Below, in pieces: positions 1 through 8,248 of a DNA stretch of 33,552 bases. The position numbers and the translations under genes were made by a program. The stretch lies in the NCBI GenBank assembly GCA_045602745.1, contig JAZSCD010000104.1, positions 1-33,552 on the forward strand, in the 5' to 3' direction. The DNA comes from Clostridia bacterium (GTDB lineage: Bacteria; Bacillota; Clostridia; TANB77; CAG-508). Numbering within the stretch: position 1 is the stretch's first letter; each line of letters opens with the position of its first letter. The notes beneath the pieces are model-generated. The model saw nothing but the letters and a program-made list of their open reading frames with translations. It had not been told where the DNA came from and searched no databases.

Positions 1-125
1 CGAAACTACTTAAATTATACCAGATGGAGTTTTTTTATTCTATTTGTCGCTTACCGGCATAGCCTTTTTTATTCTCACCCGCTTAGCGGGTGGTTTTAAC
101 CCCGAGAGACCTTTTGGTCTCTCGC
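1..125 (-). mobile_element. Possible end of an IS200/IS605-family element (subterminal hairpins); any transposase would lie left of the window
   Basis: GC-rich hairpins CACCCGC-TTA-GCGGGTG and CGAGAGACC-TTTT-GGTCTCTCG in AT-rich DNA, with a leftward TATAAT near 14-19. Resembles firmicute IS200-type ends from memory only. Confidence 0.4.
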
Positions 126-130
126 GTAAT

Positions 131-162
131 AAAAAAACAAATCGTAACCGATTTGTTTTTTT
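131..162 (-). terminator. Rho-independent terminator of rpsT
   Basis: AAAAAAACAAATCG-TAAC-CGATTTGTTTTTTT immediately after the rpsT stop. Confidence 0.8.
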
Positions 163-163
163 A

Positions 164-427
164 TTATGCTAATGTATTTAATTTTTTTGCTAAATTTGAT
201 TTTTTTCTAGAAGCTGTATTTTTCTTAATAACACCTTTTGAACAAGCACTATCAATTTTTTTAACAGCATTTTTAAATAAATTTTCAGAATTTTCTTTAT
301 TTCCTTCTAATACAGCAGCTTCGAATTTCTTTACAGCTGTTTTATATTCTGATTTTATCATATTATTTCTTAATGTTTTCTTTTCGATAACATCAACTCT
401 TTTAATTGCAGATTTGATATTTGGCAT
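164..427 (-). CDS. rpsT: 30S ribosomal protein S20
   Basis: MPNIKSAIKRV...KGVIKKNTASRKKSNLAKKLN; AGGAGGT RBS. Confidence 0.98.
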   Translation of the reverse strand: MPNIKSAIKRVDVIEKKTLRNNMIKSEYKTAVKKFEAAVLEGNKENSENLFKNAVKKIDSACSKGVIKKNTASRKKSNLAKKLNTLA

Positions 428-472
428 GTATTTTGCACCTCCTTAAAGTCAAAATAAATTCTCACTTTTTCT

Positions 473-501
473 ATTGTAACATGTAAATACTAAATTTGCA
501 A
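473..501 (-). promoter_or_regulatory. SigA-type promoter of rpsT
   Basis: TTGCAA-17 bp-TACAAT with extended TG on the minus strand. Confidence 0.65.
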
Positions 502-510
502 GTAAAATTT

Positions 511-702
511 AAAAAAAGCTTCATCTCAAAGATGAAGCTGAATCAATATATGGGTAAGTCCCCTTATACCTGACCTGCTTGCTAAATATTTAAAGGAAGA
601 AAAATGAAAAATGAGAAAGCAAAATGAGAAAAACAAAATGATGATAAGCAAGCAGGTCAGTATTTAAACCGCCTATCTTGTAGATAGGTCGGGAATTGAT
701 TT
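511..702 (-). ncRNA. Candidate ~190-nt structured small RNA
   Basis: Promoter TTGATT(737-732)-17-TATACT(714-709), 5' hairpin 669-692, perfect 14-bp stem 570-583/647-660, terminator hairpin plus U-run 511-540; no substantial ORF. Confidence 0.55.
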
Positions 703-815
703 TAATATAGTATATATCAAATATTATATTAAATCAATATGTTAACGTAAAAAACAACTAAATACGATGTTTACAATATAAAAAAGTTAATATATAATAA
801 TAAAGAGGTGTACAA

Positions 816-1970
816 ATGAACGAAATTTTAGAAAAAGCAAGAGTAAACATGTTATCTAGAGAAATTATATTATCGAAATATGCATGTAAATCATATAATG
901 CAGATTCAATAGAAAAAACTAAAGAAGAAATAAGACCAATATTTTTTAGAGATATAGATAGAATAATACATTCTTTAGCATATACAAGATATATAGATAA
1001 AACTCAAGTATATTCTTTTACAAAAAATGACCATATAACACATAGAGTATTACATGTGCAATTAGTTTCTAAAATAGCAAGAACTATAGGAAGAAGTTTA
1101 AGGTTAAATGAAGATTTAATAGAAGCTATAGCTTTAGGACATGATGTTGGACACACTCCATTTGGTCATAAGGGAGAAAAATATTTAAATGATATATGTA
1201 AAAAAGAAAATATAGGATATTTTTGCCATAATGCTCAAAGTGTAAGGGTATTAAAAGAATTAGAAAAAGTAAATATAAGTGTTCAAACATTAGATGGAAT
1301 ACTTTCTCATAATGGAGAAATTCTTATAAATAAATATATATATAACAAAAATAAAACTGAAATAGATTTTGAAACAGATTTAAATAATGCCTTTAATAAA
1401 GAAAATTATAGTAAAAAAATAGTTCCAATGACTTTAGAAGCAGCGGTAGTTAGATTATCAGATGTAATTGCATATATAGGAAGAGATATAGAAGATTCTA
1501 TAAAATTGGGGATAATAGAAAGAAAAGATTTACCAAAATGTGTAACAAAGATATTAGGTGATAATAATTCTCAAATTGTAGATACTTTAATAAGAGATAT
1601 AATTACAAATAGCTTTGAAAGACCATATTTAATATTTTCAGATAAAGTATTTAAAGCATTAATGAGATTACAAGAATGGAATTATAAATATATATATGCA
1701 TCTTCAGAGGCAAATAAACATCAACAGTTAGTAGAAGAATTATTTTATGAATTATATGATTGTTATTTAAAGAAAATAGAACAATATGATGAGAATAAAA
1801 AACTTACACAATCTGAAAAAAACTTGTATGAATTTGTAAAGGAAAAAGATGATTTGACAAACATAAAAAGAACAATTATTGATTACATAGCAGGGCAAAC
1901 AGATCAATATTTTTTAAAAGAATGCGTAGAGAATGTAAGAAAATTTAATATTGATGAATTATATAAATAA
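816..1970 (+). CDS. HD-domain deoxyguanosinetriphosphate triphosphohydrolase-like protein
   Basis: RDIDRIIHS, KTQV, THRVLH, GHDVGHTPFGHKGE, HNAQS, DYIAGQTD motifs. Confidence 0.9.
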   Translation: MNEILEKARVNMLSREIILSKYACKSYNADSIEKTKEEIRPIFFRDIDRIIHSLAYTRYIDKTQVYSFTKNDHITHRVLHVQLVSKIARTIGRSLRLNEDLIEAIALGHDVGHTPFGHKGEKYLNDICKKENIGYFCHNAQSVRVLKELEKVNISVQTLDGILSHNGEILINKYIYNKNKTEIDFETDLNNAFNKENYSKKIVPMTLEAAVVRLSDVIAYIGRDIEDSIKLGIIERKDLPKCVTKILGDNNSQIVDTLIRDIITNSFERPYLIFSDKVFKALMRLQEWNYKYIYASSEANKHQQLVEELFYELYDCYLKKIEQYDENKKLTQSEKNLYEFVKEKDDLTNIKRTIIDYIAGQTDQYFLKECVENVRKFNIDELYK

Positions 1971-2014
1971 TTCTATTAAATTACATAATTATTCTTAAAT
2001 TGGAATATACTACA

Positions 2015-2051
2015 AATAAATCTTAATTTACTTTGTAAATTAAGATTTATT
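2015..2051. terminator. Perfect 17-bp hairpin (terminator or mRNA stabiliser) between the HD gene and yaaL
   Basis: AATAAATCTTAATTTAC-TTT-GTAAATTAAGATTTATT. Confidence 0.5.
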
Positions 2052-2088
2052 GAATAACTAATAGTGAATAGTAAATGAAGATTGGAGA

Positions 2089-2337
2089 ATGATTATGAAA
2101 AATAAAGAAAATGAATTAGAATTATTAAAATCTATATTAGCTACAAAGAGGGAATTAGGAGTAGCAAATAGAAATTTTGAAACTGCAGAATCAGAATTAG
2201 TAGATTATTATTCATATCAAATAAAAGCAAGCAAGGCAAAACTAGATTATTTAATAAAACAAGTAAAACAAAAAGGAATATCTGTAGATATGATTAATAA
2301 TTTAAAAATAGGATTAGAAGAAACAAAGGTAATATAG
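2089..2337 (+). CDS. YaaL/DUF2508 family protein
   Basis: NFETAESELVDYYSYQIKASKAKLDYLIKQVK; lies upstream of bofA as in Bacillus yaaL-bofA. Confidence 0.8.
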   Translation: MIMKNKENELELLKSILATKRELGVANRNFETAESELVDYYSYQIKASKAKLDYLIKQVKQKGISVDMINNLKIGLEETKVI

Positions 2338-2391
2338 TAATATTAGAAAAAATACGAGCATAATTATAGTATTGAAGTGGAGGATAAGCTT

Positions 2392-2659
2392 ATGGAAAAC
2401 ACTAATACTATAATTATTTTTTTATTCTGCATAATAGGAATTATTATATTTGGAAAAATATTTTTAACACCAATAAAAAAAATATTAAAATTAATAATCA
2501 ATTCTATTTTAGGTGGGATTTTAATAGTAGCAATAAATTATATAGGAGTAGCATTTAATTTTCATATAGGATTAAATGTTATTACTTCAATATTAGTTCG
2601 GAATACTTGGACTTCCAGGAGCAATACTTTTAATAATTTTAAAAATGATTTTAGGATAA
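2392..2659 (+). CDS. bofA: Pro-sigmaK processing inhibitor BofA family (+1 frameshift at CGGA 2599-2602)
   Basis: NSILGGILIVAINYIG...HIGLNVITSILV; skipping C2599 continues GILGLPGAILLIILKMILG* (88 aa), restoring the family GILGLPG motif. Confidence 0.88.
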
Positions 2660-2699
2660 TAAAAAAGAGTTTGCATTAATTTTTCTTTTTTTATATTAT

Positions 2700-3125
2700 C
2701 TAAATACAATTTATAATCATTAATATTAATGAAATTAAAGCAACTAATAAACTTAGTGAGCATGTTACTATACCTGATGTTCTCATACCACTTTTGTATT
2801 TTGAAGATAAACCTAAAGCCAATCCTGTAATTCCTGTAGGTAAAGATAGAAAATTAAATCCTATAAAATAACCTGCTATTGCTGGGCCAACATTAGTTGT
2901 TTCTAATATTATTTTTTCAATTAGTGAAGGAATTGATTCTAGTGCTAATGCTACAATAAATGCCCATACTATAGCAATTATTCCTAATACCATACTAGAT
3001 ATTGCTTTTCCTTTTCCTTTAGTTTTAGAAGCATTAGAGTTAGTAGGTTCTACTAATGATTGACCACAAAAAGAACAAAAATTAATATTAGAATCTATTT
3101 CTGTACCACAATTTTTACAAAACAT
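2700..3125 (-). CDS. Zinc-ribbon domain membrane protein (DUF4190-like)
   Basis: N-terminal CKNC...CSFC; KAISSMVLGII followed by about three TM segments. Confidence 0.75.
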   Translation of the reverse strand: MFCKNCGTEIDSNINFCSFCGQSLVEPTNSNASKTKGKGKAISSMVLGIIAIVWAFIVALALESIPSLIEKIILETTNVGPAIAGYFIGFNFLSLPTGITGLALGLSSKYKSGMRTSGIVTCSLSLLVALISLILMIINCI

Positions 3126-3267
3126 ATTACATACCCCCGTATATATTGTATAATTATTATATAATTGTTATGTATTAAAGTCAAATGGACAGATTTAATG
3201 AGTTTTATTATTGAAAAATACGTGTAGAAATAGTATAATAAGATATATTAAATAAAGGGAGTAAAAT

Positions 3268-3786
3268 ATGGAAGAAGTAAAAGTATTAATAGATGAACAA
3301 AAATTACAAGCAAGAGTTGATGAAATAGCAAAACAAATAGGTGAAGAATACAAAAATAAGGAAATTATACTTATTTGTATATTAAAAGGTTCAATATTTT
3401 TTACAGTGGATTTAGCAAGAAAAATTAATGAAGATGTAAGGATAGAATTTATAAGAGTATCAAGTTATGGAGAAGGAACAGAAAGCACTGGAGAAATAAA
3501 AATGAAATTGGACTTAAAAGACAGTATACAAGGAAAAGATGTAATAGTAATAGAAGATATTATTGATACAGGAAGAACACTTTCATACTTAATGGAATAT
3601 TTAAAAATGAAAAAGCCAAATAGTATAAAACTATGTGCATTATTAGACAAGCCAGAAAGAAGAGTAAAAAAAGTAAAAGTAGATTATACAGGATTTCAAA
3701 TACCAGACGAATTTGTTGTAGGTTATGGATTAGATTGCAATGAAAAATATAGAAATCTTCCATATATAGGCTATATAGAAGAATAA
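3268..3786 (+). CDS. hpt: Hypoxanthine phosphoribosyltransferase
   Basis: ILKGS, VSSYG, VIVIEDIIDTGRTL, LLDKPERR, FVVGYGLD, YRNLPYIG. Confidence 0.97.
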   Translation: MEEVKVLIDEQKLQARVDEIAKQIGEEYKNKEIILICILKGSIFFTVDLARKINEDVRIEFIRVSSYGEGTESTGEIKMKLDLKDSIQGKDVIVIEDIIDTGRTLSYLMEYLKMKKPNSIKLCALLDKPERRVKKVKVDYTGFQIPDEFVVGYGLDCNEKYRNLPYIGYIEE

Positions 3787-3788
3787 AT

Positions 3789-3884
3789 GAAACGAAAGGG
3801 GACAGACCCCTTTCGTTTCGTAAGTATAAAAATTAAAAAAAAATATGGAGAATGAAACAAAAGGGGTCTGTCCCCTTTCGTTTT
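3789..3884. repeat. Pair of inverted REP-like palindromes
   Basis: GAAACGAAAGGGGACAGACCCCTTTCGTTTC (3789-3819) and GAAACAAAAGGGGTCTGTCCCCTTTCGTTTT (3854-3884). Confidence 0.75.
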
Positions 3885-3892
3885 AAATCATT

Positions 3893-5681
3893 ATGTTTAA
3901 TATAAAAGAAGAGCTTAAAAAACTTCCAGAAAAACCTGGAGTTTATATAATGAAAGATATAAATGATAATATACTATATGTTGGAAAAGCAGTGATATTA
4001 AAAAACAGAGTAAAACAATATTTTAATAAAACAAATAAAACTGCAAGAATTCAAAAAATGGTTTCCTTAATACATCATTTTGAATATATAGTTACAGATA
4101 ATGAGGCAGAAGCTTTAATATTAGAGTGTAATTTAATAAAAAAGAATATGCCTAAATTTAATGTGCTTTTAAAAGATGATAAAACATATCCATATATAAA
4201 AATAGATATAAAATCAGATTATCCTAATGTATTTATTACAAGAAAATATTTAAATGACGGATCAAAATATTTTGGACCATATGCAAATTCTGGAGCAGCA
4301 AAAGAAATGGTAGATTTTATTAAACAACGTTTTCAAATAAGACAATGCAAAAATTTTAAAAGTAACCAAAGAGCATGTTTAAATTACCACATAAAAAAAT
4401 GTTTAGCACCTTGTATGGGATATGTTAGTAAAGAAGAGTATAATAAGCAAATAGAGCAAATTATAATGCTTTTAGAAGGAAAAACAAAGGAAATAATAAG
4501 TGATTTAAATGAGCAAATAGTAAATTTAGCAGAAAAGCAAGAATATGAAAGAGCAGCAGTAATAAGAGATAAAAAAAGAGCAATTGAAAGAATTTCAGAA
4601 AAACAGAAAGTATCTAATATAAATGAAAAATCAATAGATGTAATTGGAATAGCAAAAAATGAATTATCTATATGTATAGAAATATTTTTTGTAAGAAACA
4701 GTAAAATGATAGGAAGAGAGCATTACTTTTTCGAAAATTCAAATAGTTTAACAGAAAAGGAAACATTATCAGAATTTATAAAACAATATTACATAAATAA
4801 AATAGATTTACCAAATAAAATAATGATTCCAGAAGATATAGAAGATGTAGAATTAATAGAAAAATTATTATCTGATAAAGCTCAAAAGAAAATAGAGTTT
4901 AAAATTCCTCAAAAAGGCGAAAAACTAAGATTTATAGAAATGGCTAATAATAATGCAAGAATAACTTTAGATAACAGAACAAAAGAAAAAGAAGATGTAG
5001 TTTTAAAAATAAAAGAAACTCTAAATTTGAATATAATGCCGAGAAAAATAGAATGCTTTGATATATCTAATATAGCGGGCGAATATATGGTAGCAGGAAT
5101 GTGCACAGCAAAAGATCGGAGTTATCAATAAAAAGTTAGCTAGAAGATTTAAAATTAAAACTGTCTTTACTCAAGATGATCCTAGATGTATGGAAGAAGT
5201 AGTAACTAGAAGAATAAAACATTCTATAGAAAATCCTAAAGGAGCATTTGGAACTCTTCCAGATGTGATTTTGGCAGATGGAGGAATTACTCAAATAAGA
5301 GCGATTAAGAAAGCAATAAAAAAATACGAAATAGATATTCCTGTATTTGGAATGGTAAAAGATGATAAGCATAAAACAAAAAAACTAATAAACGAAAATA
5401 AATGCGAAATAGAATTAACAGAAGATATAATGAATTTTATAACAAATATGCAAGATGAAGTTCATAAAATAGCAATAGAATATAACAGAAAATTACGAGA
5501 CAAAGATACAACAAAATCAAAGTTAGACACAATAAAAGGGATAGGAGAAAAAAAGAAGCAAGAACTATTAAAAAAATTTGGAAGCATAGAAGGCATAAAA
5601 AAGGCAGATATTTTAGAAATTTCTAAAATAAAAGGAATAACCGAAGAATTAGCTAAAAATATAAAGAAAGAGCTCCTATGA
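3893..5681 (+). CDS. uvrC: Excinuclease ABC subunit C (+1 frameshift at CGGA 5117-5120)
   Basis: GIY-YIG (PGVYIM...YVGKA), UVR domain, IECFDISN. Skipping C5117 gives AKD-GVINKKLARRFKIKTVFTQDDPRCMEEVVTRR, joining the ADGG and HhH parts; 595 aa total. Confidence 0.95.
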
Positions 5682-5750
5682 AAGTTGTAATATTTAATAA
5701 ACTCCTTGAATATAATATACAAAATAAAAAAGGACAAGGAGTGTATAAAT

Positions 5751-5948
5751 ATGATAGACATTACAAAAGATGAGTTTTGGGAGAATAATTATCAAGAGGT
5801 AGAGAAAAAGGAAGTTAAAAATAATAGATTATTAAGTATAATAAAAAAACACAAATTTATTACAGTATTATTAATAAGTTTAGGAATATTAATGGCAATA
5901 AATACAGTTTTGATATATAATTTTTTTAGAGTATTAATAAATATGTAA
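5751..5948 (+). CDS. Small hypothetical protein with one C-terminal TM helix
   Basis: AAGGAG RBS before ATG 5751; hydrophobic stretch FITVLLISLGILMAINTVLIY. Confidence 0.6.
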   Translation: MIDITKDEFWENNYQEVEKKEVKNNRLLSIIKKHKFITVLLISLGILMAINTVLIYNFFRVLINM

Positions 5949-5956
5949 TTTAGTAG

Positions 5957-6028
5957 AACGATTCTAGGGACTGTCCCTAAAAAGTTGCAGCTTGTCTGAG
6001 AATTTTTTGGACTGTCCTGAATCGTAAA
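5957..6028 (+). repeat. Dispersed REP-like repeat, copy 1
   Basis: AACGATTCTAGGGACTGTCCCT...GGACTGTCCTGAATCGTAAA; recurs at 17369 and, inverted, at 23851. Confidence 0.8.
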
Positions 6029-6039
6029 ACGAAACAAAA

Positions 6040-6200
6040 TAATTCGCTCCCAGAGATTTATTTATATTTTATCTCGCACGCCCTGGAGCTGCGCAGATTA
6101 TGTAATAAAATTTTAGCTGGTGCTAAATTTTCTAAACATAATCTAAGCTTGTCGGTCCCCACCCGTAATTCGCTCGAAAAATATAAATTAAAATCTCTTC
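6040..6200. other. Long imperfect stem-loop element (structured RNA or miniature repeat element)
   Basis: Outer arms AGAGATTTATTTATATTTT / AAAATATAAATTAAAATCTCT; inner arms AGATTATGT..AAATTTTAGC / GCTAAATTTT..ACATAATCT; TAATTCGCTC occurs twice. Confidence 0.5.
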
Positions 6201-6279
6201 GCGCTACTCTACGTTAATTCATTTCACAACAATTTAAAGCAACAACAAACTACAATTTATATAGAAAAAGGAGAAAACA

Positions 6280-7141
6280 ATGAACATAGCAAATAATTGG
6301 AAAGATTATGAAATAATAGACATGGCAAATGGAGAAAAATTAGAAAGATGGAAGAATGTAACATTAGTAAGACCAGATCCTCAAATAATATGGAAAGAAA
6401 AATCATTCCCAAAAAAATGGGAAAATGCAAATGCAATATATAAAAGGAGCAACAAAGGCGGTGGAGGTTGGACTTATAAAACAAAAATTCCAGAAAATTG
6501 GCAAATAAAATATAAAGACCTTACATTTAACATAAAACCAATGGGATTTAAACATACAGGACTATTTCCAGAACAAGCAGTAAATTGGGATTGGATGATA
6601 AATAAAATAAAAAATGCAAAAAGACCAATAAAAGTATTAAATCTTTTTGCATATACAGGAGGCGCAACAGTAGCTTGTCTTTATGCAGGAGCGTCTGTTT
6701 GCCATGTAGATAGTTCGAAAGGAATGGTAGCTTGGGCAAAAGAAAATGTAATATCTTCTAAACTACAAGATAGACCAGTAAGGTATATAATTGATGATGT
6801 AGTAAAATTTGTAAACAGAGAAATAAGAAGAGGTAATAAATATGATGCGATAATAATGGATCCACCGTCATATGGAAGAGGTGCATCACGGAGAAGTATG
6901 GCAATTTGAAAATAATATAGCAGATTTAATAAACTTATGCTCAAAAGTATTAACTCAAAAACCTCTGTTTTTCTTAATAAATTCGTATACAACAGGAATA
7001 TCTGCAGAAGTTTTAAGTAACTTATTAAGACTTAATTTAAAACAATACAAAGGAAAAATTACATCAGGAGAAATAGGACTTCCAATGACAAATTCTGAAC
7101 TAATTCTTCCATGTGGAATTTATGGAAAATGGGAAGAGTAA
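6280..7141 (+). CDS. Class I SAM-dependent methyltransferase, RlmI/K-related (+1 frameshift at CGGA 6889-6892)
   Basis: RPDPQ, FKHTGLFPEQ, VLNLFAYTGG, MDPPSYGRG. Skipping C6889 gives GAS-GEVWQFE...LPCGIYGKWEE*; 286 aa. Confidence 0.9.
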
Positions 7142-7175
7142 TTTATAGTGAATTTTATGTAATTTTTACAAACTT

Positions 7176-7227
7176 AAAAAAACATATATGAAAATAAAAT
7201 TTAAAAATTTTCATATATGTTTTTTTT
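7176..7227. terminator. Bidirectional-type terminator hairpin
   Basis: AAAAAAACATATATGAAAAT...ATTTTCATATATGTTTTTTTT. Confidence 0.7.
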
Positions 7228-7300
7228 ATGTTTATAAATAAAATTATTCTGTGGGACAAATTAAATATAAAATTACCTTAATGAAATGAGGTGATTTTAT

Positions 7301-7927
7301 TTGGTAGAAAAATTATGCAATAAACTCACTAAAAGAATTCAAAATAAAATGCCAGAAATTGATGACGAAAGAGCAGAAATAATAAATTATGGTTTGCAAT
7401 TAGTAGTAGGAGAAATTCCTAAAACTTTTATAATACTTTTAATTGCTTATATATTTGGAGTTTTAAAAAATTCAATATTAGCAATGATTTTAATAATGCC
7501 ATATAAAACCTTTTCTGGAGGAGTTCATTTAAAAACACATATAGGATGCATTATAGGAACAAGTATATTTTATATAGGAAATGCTTTTTTAAGTAAAAAT
7601 ATTATTATAGAACCTATTTTTATAAAATACGTTTTAATAGCTGTAATATGGATTTTTAGTATAGTTATGATTAAAGTATATGCTCCTGCAGATACAGAAG
7701 CTGTTCCTATTTTAAGAAAAAAAGACAGAAATTTAAAAAGGAAATTATCGTATATAACTATGACATTAACATTAATATGTGCAGTAATTATAAAAGATAA
7801 TGTAATATCAAATTTATTAATAATTGGCACAGTGTTACAAACAATATCAATAAGTGGTTTTATGTATAAAATTACAAAATGTAAATTTGGATACAGAGAA
7901 TATATAAAACTAAATAATATAGCTTAA
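7301..7927 (+). CDS. agrB: Accessory gene regulator B family peptidase
   Basis: INYGLQ, TFSGGVHLKTHIGC (catalytic His/Cys), YAPADT; multi-TM; TTG start with GAGGTG RBS. Confidence 0.92.
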   Translation: MVEKLCNKLTKRIQNKMPEIDDERAEIINYGLQLVVGEIPKTFIILLIAYIFGVLKNSILAMILIMPYKTFSGGVHLKTHIGCIIGTSIFYIGNAFLSKNIIIEPIFIKYVLIAVIWIFSIVMIKVYAPADTEAVPILRKKDRNLKRKLSYITMTLTLICAVIIKDNVISNLLIIGTVLQTISISGFMYKITKCKFGYREYIKLNNIA

Positions 7928-8066
7928 TTTTACAATTACATAAAGATAAAATAAGGCGAAGTATATTGTACTTAGAATTAAGAATAAAGACTGTAGGGGC
8001 AAGTCTTGTGCCTGCCCAGAATAATAGTACAAAACACTTTGCATTTTGGAAAGGAGGAGTATACAA

Positions 8067-8186
8067 ATGTTAAAATTATTAGCTAAAGTTGCGGAAAAAT
8101 ATGCAAAATCTACAAATACAGCATGTGTTATATGGATGGCTTGGCACCAACCAAAAATGCCTGCATCATTAATAAAAAAAGATTAA
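8067..8186 (+). CDS. agrD: AgrD cyclic autoinducing peptide precursor (39 aa, absent from the ORF track)
   Basis: AGGAGG RBS; MLKLLAKVAEKYAKSTNTACVIWMAWHQPKMPASLIKKD*; clostridial C...HQPKxP signature directly after agrB. Confidence 0.92.
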   Translation: MLKLLAKVAEKYAKSTNTACVIWMAWHQPKMPASLIKKD

Positions 8187-8213
8187 TAAAAAATAAAAAT
8201 TGATTTCATATAT

Positions 8214-8243
8214 AAAAAGAAGCTGATCGACACAGCTTCTTTT
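8214..8243. terminator. Bidirectional terminator between agrD and the convergent kinase
   Basis: AAAAAGAAGCTG-ATCGACA-CAGCTTCTTTT. Confidence 0.8.
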
Positions 8244-8248
8244 CCCTT

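Noticed and set aside
90-446. 118-aa plus-strand ORF, and the many other short antisense ORFs in the track
   Set aside because: Shadows of real genes on the opposite strand (here rpsT); F/L/I/S-rich, no RBS or motifs.
592-667. Tiny plus-strand peptides (MKNEKAK*, MRKQNEKNKMMISKQVSI*)
   Set aside because: Promoter and terminator orientation favour a minus-strand RNA; no coding evidence.
3893-5681. Calling uvrC and the other five split genes ordinary pseudogenes
   Set aside because: Each has a single identical lesion type and no other stops or indels; random decay in AT-rich DNA would favour A/T-run slips.
7993-8018. GTAGGGGCAAGTCTTGTGCCTGCCC as a GTAG-type REP between agrB and agrD
   Set aside because: Single imperfect copy in the window; insufficient support.
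8091-8096. CGGA inside agrD, and similar GAC/AAC/TAC-GGA or GCG/ACG-GAA sites elsewhere
   Set aside because: Out of frame and the ORFs are intact; they serve as negative controls.
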